A stretch of 24,425 nt of DNA from a virus (taxonomy: Duplodnaviria > Caudoviricetes): the IMG/VR virus record IMGVR_UViG_3300037465_000510, positions 1-24,425 of that record; one strand, written 5' to 3'. The notes below the pieces were generated by a model. That model saw only the letters and a list, made by a program, of their open reading frames with translations. It did no database searches and was not told where the DNA came from. A program made the position numbers and the translations under genes. Numbering within the stretch: the first letter of the stretch is position 1; each line of letters opens with the position of its first letter. This document shows, one piece after another, positions 16,357 to 24,425 of this stretch.

Positions 16357-18765
16357 TCACACCTGGCTGCGCGGCGGCTGCGCACGGAAGCGGCGCCCCA
16401 TCGAACGCGCGACTGGACCCCCGCGGTCCATCTCGTCGAGCATGTAGTTGCGCACCGCGACGTCCAGCTCGACCCCGCGCTCGGTCTGGCGCGTGCGGGT
16501 CGAATCGACCGCGAGCGGCGCGCCCTGGTTCGTGATGTTCACGGTGATCGCGCCTGCACCGCTGCCGCCGAGCGAGTCGCGCAGCATGCGCATCGCGCGC
16601 GGGTCCTGCAGCGGGAGCAGCAGCTCGGCCGAGCCCGCCTCCGCCGTGAGAACCGGGACGCCGCCGGGTCGCGGGAGTACGAGGCCGCCCTCGGCCGCGG
16701 CGCCGCCGAAGAGACCACTGCCGCTGCCGTAGCCGCCAGCTTGGATCCCGGTGCCCCCACCAAAGAGACCGCCCAGAAAGCCCTTCAGAAACGTTACACC
16801 GAAGCTCGCGCCGGACCCGCCGCCGCCTCCGCCCAGCGAGTCTTGGAGCGCCTTCAGCGCGGTCATCTGGAAGATCAGCTCGAGCACGGCGGCCACCGCG
16901 CGCGCCGCGAACTCTTTGAATGCGTCGCCAGCGTCCTTCGAGCCCGTAATCAGGTCGGTGAAGACCTGCTGCAGCCCTCCCGAGAGAGCGTCCTGCGTGC
17001 GGTCCAGTGCCTCGCGAAAGCGTTCCTCTTCTTCCTGCGCTTCGCGGGCCGCGTCCTTCAGCTCGAGATATCGATCGGCAGCTGTGTCGAGCTGCGCGTT
17101 CGCTTCTTCCTGCGTGATGCGCTGCTCGCGTAGCGCCTGCGTCACGCGCTCGATCGCCTCGGCGTACTCGTTGGCCGCGCGCGCCAGGAGCACATCCTCG
17201 GTCGTCTCGGGGCGAGAGCGACGATCCGTGTCGGCGATGATGCTCTCGGCGCTGTCTTCGGCGGCGCGGTCCCGCAGTCGACCCGCCTGGTCCGGGCTGA
17301 GGCCGCCCTGAGCCTCGAGCTCCGCGATCTCCGCGAGCGTGCGCTGATAGACCTCGAGCGGCGTAAGGATCGCTTCGTAGAGCCGGCGGCCTTCCTCGAG
17401 CAACTCGTTCCGCTTCTCGGCCGCCCGCTCGGCGGCGCCGGCAAATGCGGCCTCCTCTTCGAGGCGCAGCCGCTCCGCGGCGTTCGCGAGCAGCTCGGTG
17501 TTCCCCTGCGCGACTTCCTGCGCGTCTGCGAAGCGATGCTTCGCCTCGATCAGCTCTCGCGTCAGCTGATCGTCTGCTCGCAAGAGCTCGACCTCCCGCT
17601 CGATCTGGGTGTTCAGCTCGGCCTGACGCTCGGCCAACTCCTCCGCAGCCTTCGCCTCGCGCTCGGCCGCTGCGACATCGATGACCGGGCCAGCAACGCC
17701 GCCGCCGAAGGCTGATGGATCTTGCGGAAACCGGCGATCGAGCTCGCGTCCGATCAGCGTGTTCTCGATCTGGCGAAGTTCCGCCCGTGAAGCGCCTGGA
17801 TCGATCGCCTCCCGCGGCCGAAGCTGCCCCGCCTCGAATCGCCCCAGTTGCTCGCGAATCTCATCGGCGCGGGTGCGCAGATTCGTCGTCGACTGGTTCT
17901 CGATATCCCGGAAGCCGTCGACGACCTCGCCGATCCACTTCGCCATGTCAGCGAGCGCGCCCGTCATCAGCGTGATCGCGGGCAGCGCCTCGACGATCGC
18001 GGACTTGAACTGAAGATCGATCACCTTGGCAGCCGTGTCGAACTCGTCCGCGGTGTCGCCGGCGCGACGCACCAGGTTCTCGTCGATGACGGCGCCGGTA
18101 TCGCGTGCCTTGCGAGCGAACTCGTCGAGGCCCGCCGAGCCGCCGCGCAGCACATTCAGCATCCCGAGGCCACGTGCCGTGAACAGTTCCGCACCGAGGG
18201 CGAGTCGGCGCGCCGGGTCCGCCGTTTCCTCGAGGGCGTCCGCGACGTCGCGCAGCACGCCCTCCGTCGGTCGCAGATTCCCGTTCACGTCTCGCACCGA
18301 GACGCCAAGCTCGCGGAACGTCTCCGCGGCCTCCTTCTCGCCTTGGGCCGCCTCGTCGATGGCGATGGAGAGGCGCTGGAGGCCGAGGGTGAGCTGCTCC
18401 GGGTCGACGTCTTCGAGCGTGCCGGCGAACTCGAGCTCCTGAAGCGTCTCGATCGAGATCCCGAGTCGGTCGGCGCGCGTCGCCAGCGAGTCGAGCTCCC
18501 GGCCCGCGTCGATCGCCGCGCGCGCAATCGAGCTGATAGTGCCCACGACGGCAAGGCCCGCGAAGCCCGCAAGCGTCGCCTTCAGCGCGCCGAACTGGCC
18601 GTCGAGCGCCTTGATGCGGCCGAGCAGCGAGGGCGAGGCGAGCGAGGTCTCGGTCTTCCCGGCGGTGTCCTTCGCCTGGAACCCGAGCTGCTGCATCTCC
18701 TCGCGCAGACGCCGCACCGCATCGGCGGCTTCCTGCGTGCGCACGACGATGTCGAGTTCAGCCAT
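16357..18765 (-). CDS. Tail tape measure protein, 802 aa
   Basis: Long Ala/Glu/Arg helical protein after the chaperones; ADRLGISIETLQEL motif; Gly-rich C-terminus with AEGG...AEAGSAELLLPL and ITVNITN. Confidence 0.92.
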   Translation of the reverse strand: MAELDIVVRTQEAADAVRRLREEMQQLGFQAKDTAGKTETSLASPSLLGRIKALDGQFGALKATLAGFAGLAVVGTISSIARAAIDAGRELDSLATRADRLGISIETLQELEFAGTLEDVDPEQLTLGLQRLSIAIDEAAQGEKEAAETFRELGVSVRDVNGNLRPTEGVLRDVADALEETADPARRLALGAELFTARGLGMLNVLRGGSAGLDEFARKARDTGAVIDENLVRRAGDTADEFDTAAKVIDLQFKSAIVEALPAITLMTGALADMAKWIGEVVDGFRDIENQSTTNLRTRADEIREQLGRFEAGQLRPREAIDPGASRAELRQIENTLIGRELDRRFPQDPSAFGGGVAGPVIDVAAAEREAKAAEELAERQAELNTQIEREVELLRADDQLTRELIEAKHRFADAQEVAQGNTELLANAAERLRLEEEAAFAGAAERAAEKRNELLEEGRRLYEAILTPLEVYQRTLAEIAELEAQGGLSPDQAGRLRDRAAEDSAESIIADTDRRSRPETTEDVLLARAANEYAEAIERVTQALREQRITQEEANAQLDTAADRYLELKDAAREAQEEEERFREALDRTQDALSGGLQQVFTDLITGSKDAGDAFKEFAARAVAAVLELIFQMTALKALQDSLGGGGGGSGASFGVTFLKGFLGGLFGGGTGIQAGGYGSGSGLFGGAAAEGGLVLPRPGGVPVLTAEAGSAELLLPLQDPRAMRMLRDSLGGSGAGAITVNITNQGAPLAVDSTRTRQTERGVELDVAVRNYMLDEMDRGGPVARSMGRRFRAQPPRSQV

Positions 18766-19105
18766 CGCGCTTGCGCTCCGGTTGGTTGCCCGCGAGGAAG
18801 GCGCGGTCCATGCGCCGAATCAGCCGCACAAGCGACGCGCGCAGCTCCACGTCCTCGAGCTCGGTGAGACGGCAGTAGGCCTCGATCTCCGAGAGCGGAA
18901 TCGATCCGGCACCGCCGAAATGAACGGGGCGCGAATCGCTGAGCGTCGCGAACGCGGTCCACGCCGCGAGCGCGAGGCCGGCGTCGAGCGTCGGCTCCTC
19001 GTCGAGCTCGGGGACCGGGAACCCGTCGCGGCGCAGCTCGCGGAGCCAGGCCTCGGCCTCGCCCACGCGCAGCTTCCAAGCGAGCAGCGCCTCTAGGCTT
19101 TTCCC
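18758..19105 (-). CDS. Tail assembly chaperone, -1 frameshift extension (gpT-like)
   Basis: The open -1 frame after GGGAAAA encodes AWTAFATLSDSR..GGAGSIPLSEIEAYC..IRRMDRAFL and overlaps the tape measure start. Confidence 0.8.
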   Translation of the reverse strand, partial: GKSLEALLAWKLRVGEAEAWLRELRRDGFPVPELDEEPTLDAGLALAAWTAFATLSDSRPVHFGGAGSIPLSEIEAYCRLTELEDVELRASLVRLIRRMDRAFLAGNQPERKRDG

Positions 19106-19497
19106 GCCGCGTCCTCCGCCTGCGCGCGGAAGTGGCGCATCTGGTGGGCGGTCGCGATCACCCACTTCGCGAAGTCCGGACACGCGCGCAGCTCCGCGGC
19201 TGCGGCTTCTACGGTGAACGGCCGCGGATCGTCGCTCTCGTCGGCCTTCACGCCGCGCCAGTCGAGCAGCACGTTGCCGGCGAGCGCCTGTACCTCGGCG
19301 CGCCGGAAGCGCGCGGCGCGTTCCACCTCGTCTTCTGGGACCGTGGTCCCACTCGGCGCCATCGCCGCGCGCGTCAGCGCGAACTGGAATCGCAGGTTGC
19401 CGTAGGCCGCGATGCGGAACTCGCTCTCGGCGTCGTAGCGCACCCAGGCGCCGTTCTCGTAGAGGTCGGGGTCGACCCGTAGGTCGCGAAATCGCAA
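19093..19497 (-). CDS. Tail assembly chaperone (gpG-like), 134 aa
   Basis: TTG start with GGAGGTGA RBS; ENGAWV, VLLDWRGV, PFTVEAAAAEL motifs; ends ...AGKA at the slippery site. Confidence 0.85.
   Translation of the reverse strand: MRFRDLRVDPDLYENGAWVRYDAESEFRIAAYGNLRFQFALTRAAMAPSGTTVPEDEVERAARFRRAEVQALAGNVLLDWRGVKADESDDPRPFTVEAAAAELRACPDFAKWVIATAHQMRHFRAQAEDAAGKA
19099..19105 (-). other. Programmed -1 ribosomal frameshift heptamer G GGA AAA
   Basis: Minus strand reads GCG GGA AAA GCC TAG, an X XXY YYZ heptamer in the correct phase, comparable to lambda G-T GGGAAAG. Confidence 0.8.
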
Positions 19498-19533
19498 GCG
19501 ATCACCTCCGGGCGTTCTCCGCCCGGACGGGCG

Positions 19534-19935
19534 TCAACGCGATGCAGCTTCCTCGACTCGCTCGCGCCGGCGCTCGGTCCCGGGCGGAAGCGGATCGCAG
19601 GTGACCTCGACGTTGAAGACCGAGATCACGCAGAGACTCGAGCCACCTCTGGGCCAGCGAAGGGCCTTGGGCGGATCGATCAGCGCGCCGGCGCGAACGC
19701 CGCCGCCGCCGATGCGATCCGGCCAGAAGTACTCCGCCGCATCGTCCTCGCCATGCTTCTCGTAGGCGCCCGCGCGAGCGCGGTAGACGCAGATCCCTGC
19801 GTCGCGGAAGCACATGTCCGCCGCCAATACGAGAACTTCCCGTTCACCCGGAGACGACGCGAAGTTGTGCGGCGGCGACGTGCACGCCGCCGCGAGCACG
19901 AGCGCGAGCACGGGGAAGATGACTCGGCGCGTCAT
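19534..19935 (-). CDS. Putative lipoprotein, 133 aa
   Basis: MTRRVIFPVLALVLAAA|C18 lipobox-like signal; four further Cys. Confidence 0.65.
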   Translation of the reverse strand: MTRRVIFPVLALVLAAACTSPPHNFASSPGEREVLVLAADMCFRDAGICVYRARAGAYEKHGEDDAAEYFWPDRIGGGGVRAGALIDPPKALRWPRGGSSLCVISVFNVEVTCDPLPPGTERRRERVEEAASR

Positions 19936-19947
19936 CCCGAACGATTA

Positions 19948-20343
19948 CTACAGCCCGAAGATCTCCGCCTCCACGGCCGCGAACGTCTGCTCGACAAACG
20001 CCGCCGGCGCCTGGCGCGAGTGGCCGTTGTTGAGCGCCCCGATGTACGGCGCGTTGTTGCTCACATGGATCTCGTCGCCAAGCTTGAAGCTGCCGAGCTG
20101 CACGGTGCCCGCCGGCACGCCGAGCGGGTTCGAGTAGCCCGTGCGCCGGTCCTTCCAGTCTGGATTCGCTGCGCCTACCGCCACGTTCCAGGAGTCCTTT
20201 GCGGCCCCGGTGTCGACCGGCGTTCGCTGCGCCACCTCTTCCCAGAAGCGGATCACAAAGCGCTTGATCCGGTCGGCGGCCCGGCCCTCTTCGGTGAAAA
20301 TCCACGCGTCGAGCTGACGCGCGAACTCGGAGGCGCTGGCCAT
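19948..20343 (-). CDS. HK97 gp10-like tail completion/neck protein
   Basis: TPVDTG..DSW and SNNAPYI..LNNGHSRQAP motifs; TAATG coupling to the tube gene. Confidence 0.85.
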   Translation of the reverse strand: MASASEFARQLDAWIFTEEGRAADRIKRFVIRFWEEVAQRTPVDTGAAKDSWNVAVGAANPDWKDRRTGYSNPLGVPAGTVQLGSFKLGDEIHVSNNAPYIGALNNGHSRQAPAAFVEQTFAAVEAEIFGL

Positions 20344-21563
20344 TACGTCAGCATCGCGATCAGGTCAATCTGCACCATGTGCGGATCGGCCGGCTCGACC
20401 GTCGCGTTCGCGATGGCCGCGAAGTTGTATCGCTCGAGCACGTCGCTGTTCAGCTGAATGCCGTCCGGCGCGCCGTCCATCAGGTTCACGCTCGGGAAGG
20501 TGATCGCCACGAGGTTGCCGTTGTTGTCGACGCCGGCGAACTGGAGCGCGACCGGGGTGTGGGCCTTCAGCACGTCGAAGAGATCCGCGCGGCTCGTGAA
20601 GTAGGCCTCGATCGAGCCCGTCGGGGCGAGGCTGCCCGCGTTGATGCCAGCCGGGAACTTCGAGCCGATTTGGTCGAGCGTGCGCTGGTTGTTGTTGAGC
20701 GAGAACGAGAGCGATCGCACACCCGTCGCGATCGCCGCGCCCGCCTTGTACATGCGCGCCACGTTCGAGGACGCCCCGAGCGAGGGATTGAGACCCGCCG
20801 CCGTCGTTCCGCCCGAGAAGATGGTCGCGCCCGCCGCGACCACCTCCTTGCCCTGCAGCGCGAACGTCATCTGGCCGATCTGCTTCGCCGTGAGCGAGAC
20901 GCCCATCGAGCCCACGCGCATCCCGACGCCCGAGAAGAATTGCGAGATGTCGAGGTGCGCCTGCTCGACGGAGAACTGGTTCTTCGTGTCGTCGGTGCCG
21001 TTGCGGAACATGCGGGCCGAGTACTTCTCGCTGCCCGTCCCGGTGTGATTCGCCCAGGCCTTCGCCGCGCCCGTGAAGCTGATGCCGCCGGCCTTGATCT
21101 GGAGAACGGTCGCGCTCACCGCGCCGGCTCCGTCCGCGATCTGCCAGAAGCCGTCGTTCACCGTGTCGAGGATCGCGACCCACATGCCGGGCTTCGCGCC
21201 GTCGGTGACGAACGAGCCCGCCGAGCGCGTGAACGTGTTGGGTGAGCCCGTCGCCGCGGTCGCATTCAGCGTCACGGCGGCGATCTGCTGCTTCGCGCGC
21301 AGCATCGCGCCTTCGATCAGGTCGAAGAAGTTCGGCTCGTACAGGAGCTCGCTGGCGAGCTGAAGCGACGCGCCCTGCCCAGACTCGATGATGGCCTCGA
21401 TCATCCGGTCGCTGCGGAGGAGCTGCGACTGCACGCTCTCCTTCGCCGGCGAGAGCTGGCCCGAGGTCACGCGCAGCACCTGGCCGTTCGGCGACGCGGG
21501 GGTCGTGCCCCAAGTGACCTCGCGGATGTACCGGAAATCGACGCGATTGCCCTGACCCGGCAT
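20343..21563 (-). CDS. Major tail tube protein, 406 aa, with inserted accessory domain
   Basis: YIREVTWGTTP, S..LRSDR, FSVEQ, SLSFSLNNN, GSIEAYF motifs; GAGGGGGAGG RBS. Confidence 0.88.
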   Translation of the reverse strand: MPGQGNRVDFRYIREVTWGTTPASPNGQVLRVTSGQLSPAKESVQSQLLRSDRMIEAIIESGQGASLQLASELLYEPNFFDLIEGAMLRAKQQIAAVTLNATAATGSPNTFTRSAGSFVTDGAKPGMWVAILDTVNDGFWQIADGAGAVSATVLQIKAGGISFTGAAKAWANHTGTGSEKYSARMFRNGTDDTKNQFSVEQAHLDISQFFSGVGMRVGSMGVSLTAKQIGQMTFALQGKEVVAAGATIFSGGTTAAGLNPSLGASSNVARMYKAGAAIATGVRSLSFSLNNNQRTLDQIGSKFPAGINAGSLAPTGSIEAYFTSRADLFDVLKAHTPVALQFAGVDNNGNLVAITFPSVNLMDGAPDGIQLNSDVLERYNFAAIANATVEPADPHMVQIDLIAMLT

Positions 21564-21576
21564 GAGAACCTCCCCC

Positions 21577-21795
21577 TCAGTTCAGGCGCGTGGCCTGAGC
21601 GATCGATTCCGCAAGCTGCGCCGCGCGGTTGCGCAGCGCGTGCGCGCCGCAGCGTGCGACGTGCCCGTGCCACCAGCCGAGATCGAAGCCGACGGCCTGG
21701 TAACTCGGCGTCCATCCCTGCATGCAGAGCGCGCAGGCGTGCGGGATCGCGCGCTGGATCTCGTCGAGGCGCGCCCGCACTTCCTCCGAGCTCAT
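21577..21795 (-). CDS. Small Cys/His-rich protein, 72 aa
   Basis: ATG 21795 overlaps the terminator-gene TGA; MSSEEVRARLDEIQRAIPHACALC...WWHGHVARCGAH. Confidence 0.55.
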   Translation of the reverse strand: MSSEEVRARLDEIQRAIPHACALCMQGWTPSYQAVGFDLGWWHGHVARCGAHALRNRAAQLAESIAQATRLN

Positions 21796-22550
21796 GTCGC
21801 GTCCGCGCGGAAGTCGACGTCGTTCAGGAGCAGCTGCGGCACGACGGCACCCGGGCCCTCGTAGAGAATCCGCCCGTCGGTCTTCACGCGAATCGACTCC
21901 GCGCCCGCGCGCAGCAGCAGCTCGGTGGCCGGCCGCGCGTACCCCGGGAGCGCGTTCGCGAGCGAAACGATCTCGGCGCCGTTCGCCACCACGCTTCCGC
22001 CCGAGGAGATGACGCCGCGCAGGCGTGTGACGCCAAGGCTGGTGAGGTAGGCCGCCGTCGGCTCCGCACCGCCAGCGTTGACCCAAGGCGCGGTGAGCGT
22101 GAGCGCCGTGTACGTGATCGGCACCGCGAGGCCTCCCACCACGTTCACGTCGCGCTCGAAGGCGACGGCCACGTTCACCTGCATCCACTCGCCGTCTTCG
22201 CGCTGCGCCGTGATCGAGGGCGTTCGGAAACGAATCAGCCCGGAGGCGCCGAGCTGGGTCGTCCGTGCCGCGAGGAACACCGCCGCCGCTTGGTCGGCGA
22301 CCTGGCGCGCGCGCTGCGTTCCGGATGCGATCGGCGCGAACACCTGCACGACGACGACGCCGGCGAAGCGGTGGGTGTACTCGTTCAGGTAGATCTGCTC
22401 GCCGGCGGAGTCGCGCACGTAGAGCGCGGCGTACTCGGCCTGGCGGTTCAGCCGCGGTTGCCCTTCGTAGAACGCCGCGACGCCGGATGCGGCGAAGCCG
22501 GCCTCGAACAACTCTTCGATCGCGCGGCGCGTGTCGGCGAATCCGGCCAT
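21792..22550 (-). CDS. Tail terminator-like protein with extra C-terminal RBP-head-like domain, 252 aa
   Basis: GVVVVQVFAPIASG..A..ADQAAAVF and WMQVNVAVAFERD terminator-type core, then about 105 aa homologous to the C-terminus of the 5441-6823 fibre. Confidence 0.8.
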   Translation of the reverse strand: MAGFADTRRAIEELFEAGFAASGVAAFYEGQPRLNRQAEYAALYVRDSAGEQIYLNEYTHRFAGVVVVQVFAPIASGTQRARQVADQAAAVFLAARTTQLGASGLIRFRTPSITAQREDGEWMQVNVAVAFERDVNVVGGLAVPITYTALTLTAPWVNAGGAEPTAAYLTSLGVTRLRGVISSGGSVVANGAEIVSLANALPGYARPATELLLRAGAESIRVKTDGRILYEGPGAVVPQLLLNDVDFRADAT

Positions 22551-22566
22551 CGTGCGCGCTCCCGGA

Positions 22567-22947
22567 TTACTGCGGCTCGCGCATCTGGATGACCAGCACC
22601 GCCTTCGCGGGGTCCTCCTCGATGTGCACGGGCACCCACGTCTTGCCCGAGAACGTGATGCGGTCGTTCAGCGTCGGCGCGAGCGTGAGGCCGGCAGCCG
22701 CCGCGGCGAGCTCGAGGGCGCGCCGCTCGATGACGAGTTGCCGGTCGCCCGTGCGAATGCGCACGCCATCGATCTGGCGGTCGCGGTAGGTGACGACGAA
22801 GGCCTGCGCGGCGAGGTCGCTGAAGACCTGGCCCACGGAGCCGGTGGCGGTGTTGTACGTCGCTGCGGCCGTGCTCGCGTGGCGATAGGTGATCGTCTCG
22901 GTGAGGTCCGCGAGGCGCCCGAACGCCGCTCTGACGTTCAGCGCCAC
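22567..22947 (-). CDS. Head closure / head-tail joining protein, 126 aa
   Basis: ITYR..YNTATG, IDGVRIRTGDRQLVI, P..NDRI..GKTW motifs; upstream of the terminator gene. Confidence 0.75.
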   Translation of the reverse strand: MALNVRAAFGRLADLTETITYRHASTAAATYNTATGSVGQVFSDLAAQAFVVTYRDRQIDGVRIRTGDRQLVIERRALELAAAAAGLTLAPTLNDRITFSGKTWVPVHIEEDPAKAVLVIQMREPQ

Positions 22948-22965
22948 GGCGCACCCCCACGCGTG

Positions 22966-24216
22966 CTATCCGCCGCGAATGCGCGCGCGGAGTCCTGCGA
23001 TTGCCGCCGGCGTCGCCGCGTTGTCGCCGCGAATGCGCTGGCGGAGCGGTGTCACCGAAGCGAGAGCGACGACGCCGAGCACCGAGCCCGACGCAGAGAG
23101 CGAGGCCACCGCCGCGAGCGCCGCAGCGCCCACCACGGGCCCGCGAACCTCTCCCGATGCGACGAGCTGCGCGGACCCGGCGAGCAGCGCGGCACCGCGA
23201 ATCGCGACCGTCGCGCTCGCCGAGAGCGTGCCCGTCGCGACGAGCTGCGCGTTCGCAAGCTTCGCGAGGCGCGCGGTGGCGGCGAGTGTCCCCGCGGCTG
23301 CGAGCGCCGCCGCTCCGGCTTTCGCGTTGACCGCGGCCGCGGCGACCGAGCCCGACGCCGCGAGCTGCGCGGACCCCGAGACGCGCCGCTGCCCAGAGGC
23401 GACCAGCGTTCCCGTGCCGGTGAGCGTCGCCTGCCCGGTCGCGCTGCCGGTGATCGTGCCAGACGCCGAGAGCGTTCCAGCGCCAGAGAGCGTCGCCGCA
23501 CCGAGCCGTGCGACCCGACCCGCAGAAGCCAGGGTTCCAGAACCCGCGAGCGAGGCAGTGCCCAGCGCGCTTCGCGTGCCCGCGGCCGACAGAGCTCCCG
23601 AGCCTGCCAGCGACGCGCTCGCGGCGATCTTGCGCTGCGCCGCAGCGGCAAGCGTGCCGGACCCCGCCAGGCTCGTGGAGCCGAGCGCGGCCCGCTGAGC
23701 TGCCGGAGTGAGCGTTCCCGTTCCCGCGAGGGATGCCGCGGCGAGCGAGGCACGAAGGGCCGATGCGGCGATCGAGCCAGAGCCCGCAAGCGTCGCGGAG
23801 CCGTCGATTCGGCCGCTCGTTGCGCCCGTGGCCGCGAGCGTTCCGGTACTGGCGAGTGGGGCTGCTCCGAGAGCGGCTCTCGTCGCCGAGACCGTGAGAC
23901 TTCCGGTGCCGGCGAGCTGCGCGGCCGCGCCGACGATCCGCTGCGCCGCCGCGGTGATCGCTCCCGAGGCAGCGAGTGACGAGGCGCCCAGCGCTGCGCG
24001 CTGCGCTGCCGCCGTGAGCGTCCCCGACGCCGCCAGCGTCGTCCCGGCGCCGACCTTTCGCGTCCCCGCGCTCGCGAGCGTTCCGGCACCGGCGAGAGAC
24101 GCCGCGCCGATCCGGGCGACCGTCGCGGCGGCCGTGAGCGTCCCGCTCGCCGCGAGCGACGCCGCCCCTGCGACGAGATTCGAGCCCGCCTGCAGGTTCT
24201 GCTGGAACAGCAGCAT
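22966..24216 (-). CDS. Ala/Gly/Ser/Thr-rich repeat protein, 416 aa, putative head/neck fibre scaffold
   Basis: 18 tandem repeats of about GAASLAGSGTLxAxAxRxxL; located in the head-tail region. Confidence 0.7.
   Translation of the reverse strand: MLLFQQNLQAGSNLVAGAASLAASGTLTAAATVARIGAASLAGAGTLASAGTRKVGAGTTLAASGTLTAAAQRAALGASSLAASGAITAAAQRIVGAAAQLAGTGSLTVSATRAALGAAPLASTGTLAATGATSGRIDGSATLAGSGSIAASALRASLAAASLAGTGTLTPAAQRAALGSTSLAGSGTLAAAAQRKIAASASLAGSGALSAAGTRSALGTASLAGSGTLASAGRVARLGAATLSGAGTLSASGTITGSATGQATLTGTGTLVASGQRRVSGSAQLAASGSVAAAAVNAKAGAAALAAAGTLAATARLAKLANAQLVATGTLSASATVAIRGAALLAGSAQLVASGEVRGPVVGAAALAAVASLSASGSVLGVVALASVTPLRQRIRGDNAATPAAIAGLRARIRGG
23071..24168 (-). repeat. 18 degenerate coding repeats of 60 or 66 nt
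   Basis: Fifteen 20-aa and three 22-aa units (6, 12, 17) covering aa 17-382; 16+366+34 = 416 aa. Confidence 0.85.
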
Positions 24217-24229
24217 CGCGGGCCCCTAA

Positions 24230-24425
24230 CAGGCTGCTGACAAAGTCTCCCTAATCATCCGCCTCGCGACCGGGTAGAATGCACTCGGGGGACGAGATGA
24301 TGATGGGCGACTCCGATCCGCAGCCGTCGATGTTCTACAACATTTCGCTCGAGAAGTTCGTGCCGCAGGAGCATCCGCTGCGGCGGATCCGGCCGCTGAT
24401 CGACGACGCGACGATCCGCAAGGCG
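24230..24425 (+). mobile_element. Left end of an IS5/IS1182-like insertion sequence (partial)
   Basis: CTAA (YTAR-type target) followed by CAGGCTGCTGACAAAGTC terminal-IR-like sequence, then a transposase start; abrupt strand switch. The exact first base is uncertain by a few nt. Confidence 0.75.
24297..24425 (+). CDS. Transposase N-terminus (InsH-N/DUF772-type), truncated by the window
   Basis: MMMGDSDPQPSMFYNISLEKFVPQEHPLRRIRPLID matches Q.SMF..SLE..VP..HPLR.I of IS5/IS1182-type transposases; GGGGG RBS. Confidence 0.85.
   Translation, partial: MMMGDSDPQPSMFYNISLEKFVPQEHPLRRIRPLIDDATIRKA

Larger units (their letters stand above)
1..24229 (-). mobile_element. Prophage (siphovirus-type) tail morphogenesis and lysis region, continuing beyond the window
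   Basis: Co-oriented, overlapping genes in siphovirus order (head closure, terminator, tube, chaperones, tape measure, Dit, DUF1833-like, NlpC/P60, J, fibres, lysis). No sheath gene. The IS insertion suggests a host-resident element. Confidence 0.93.

Noticed and set aside
16357-21563. Contractile tail, R-type tailocin or eCIS
   Set aside because: No sheath or baseplate wedge genes; head closure gene and lambda-like tip genes indicate a non-contractile phage tail.
5441-22112. Diversity-generating retroelement or shufflon explaining the duplicated domain
   Set aside because: Copies are diverged throughout rather than at adenines only; no reverse transcriptase, invertase or inversion sites seen in the window.
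733-22968. TAG recoding: TAGs at 808 and 22966 are in frame with the next gene, and the TAG at 1822 reads on to a TGATG
   Set aside because: TAGs at 1277 and 5441 are out of frame with the next gene, downstream genes have their own RBS and start, and no long gene is interrupted by TAG; chance suffices.
23071-24168. CRISPR array or non-coding tandem repeat
   Set aside because: Repeats are degenerate in DNA, in frame, conserved at protein level, with no repeat-spacer structure.
80-24229. Many long plus-strand and off-frame minus-strand ORFs (e.g. 5369-7135, 9575-12217, 12890-14515, 20365-21513)
   Set aside because: Arg/Ala-rich shadow frames expected at high GC; they overlap motif-supported, coupled minus-strand genes.

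Overview
High-GC window holding the late operon of a long-tailed (siphovirus-type) prophage. Nearly all genes are on the minus strand and many are translationally coupled through ATGA/GTGA/TGATG overlaps. Right to left: 20-aa-repeat Ala/Gly protein, head closure protein, tail terminator with an extra receptor-binding-like domain, small Cys/His protein, tail tube, HK97 gp10-like protein, lipoprotein, tail assembly chaperones with a -1 frameshift, tape measure, Dit-LamG, DUF1833-like protein, NlpC/P60, J-like central tail tip, two small proteins, a ferritin-like diiron + 2-oxoacid dehydrogenase E2-type acyltransferase fusion, a tail fibre, a signal-peptide-bearing 1099-aa beta-helix spike-like protein, small exported proteins, a holin-like protein and a GH108 endolysin cut by the left edge. 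The left end of an IS5/IS1182-like element is inserted at the right edge. The most notable signals are the two-domain enzyme wired into the tail-tip operon, the cassette of exported Cys-paired proteins, and adhesin-like domains shared among several virion proteins. All calls come from reading motifs by eye; no database searches were run.
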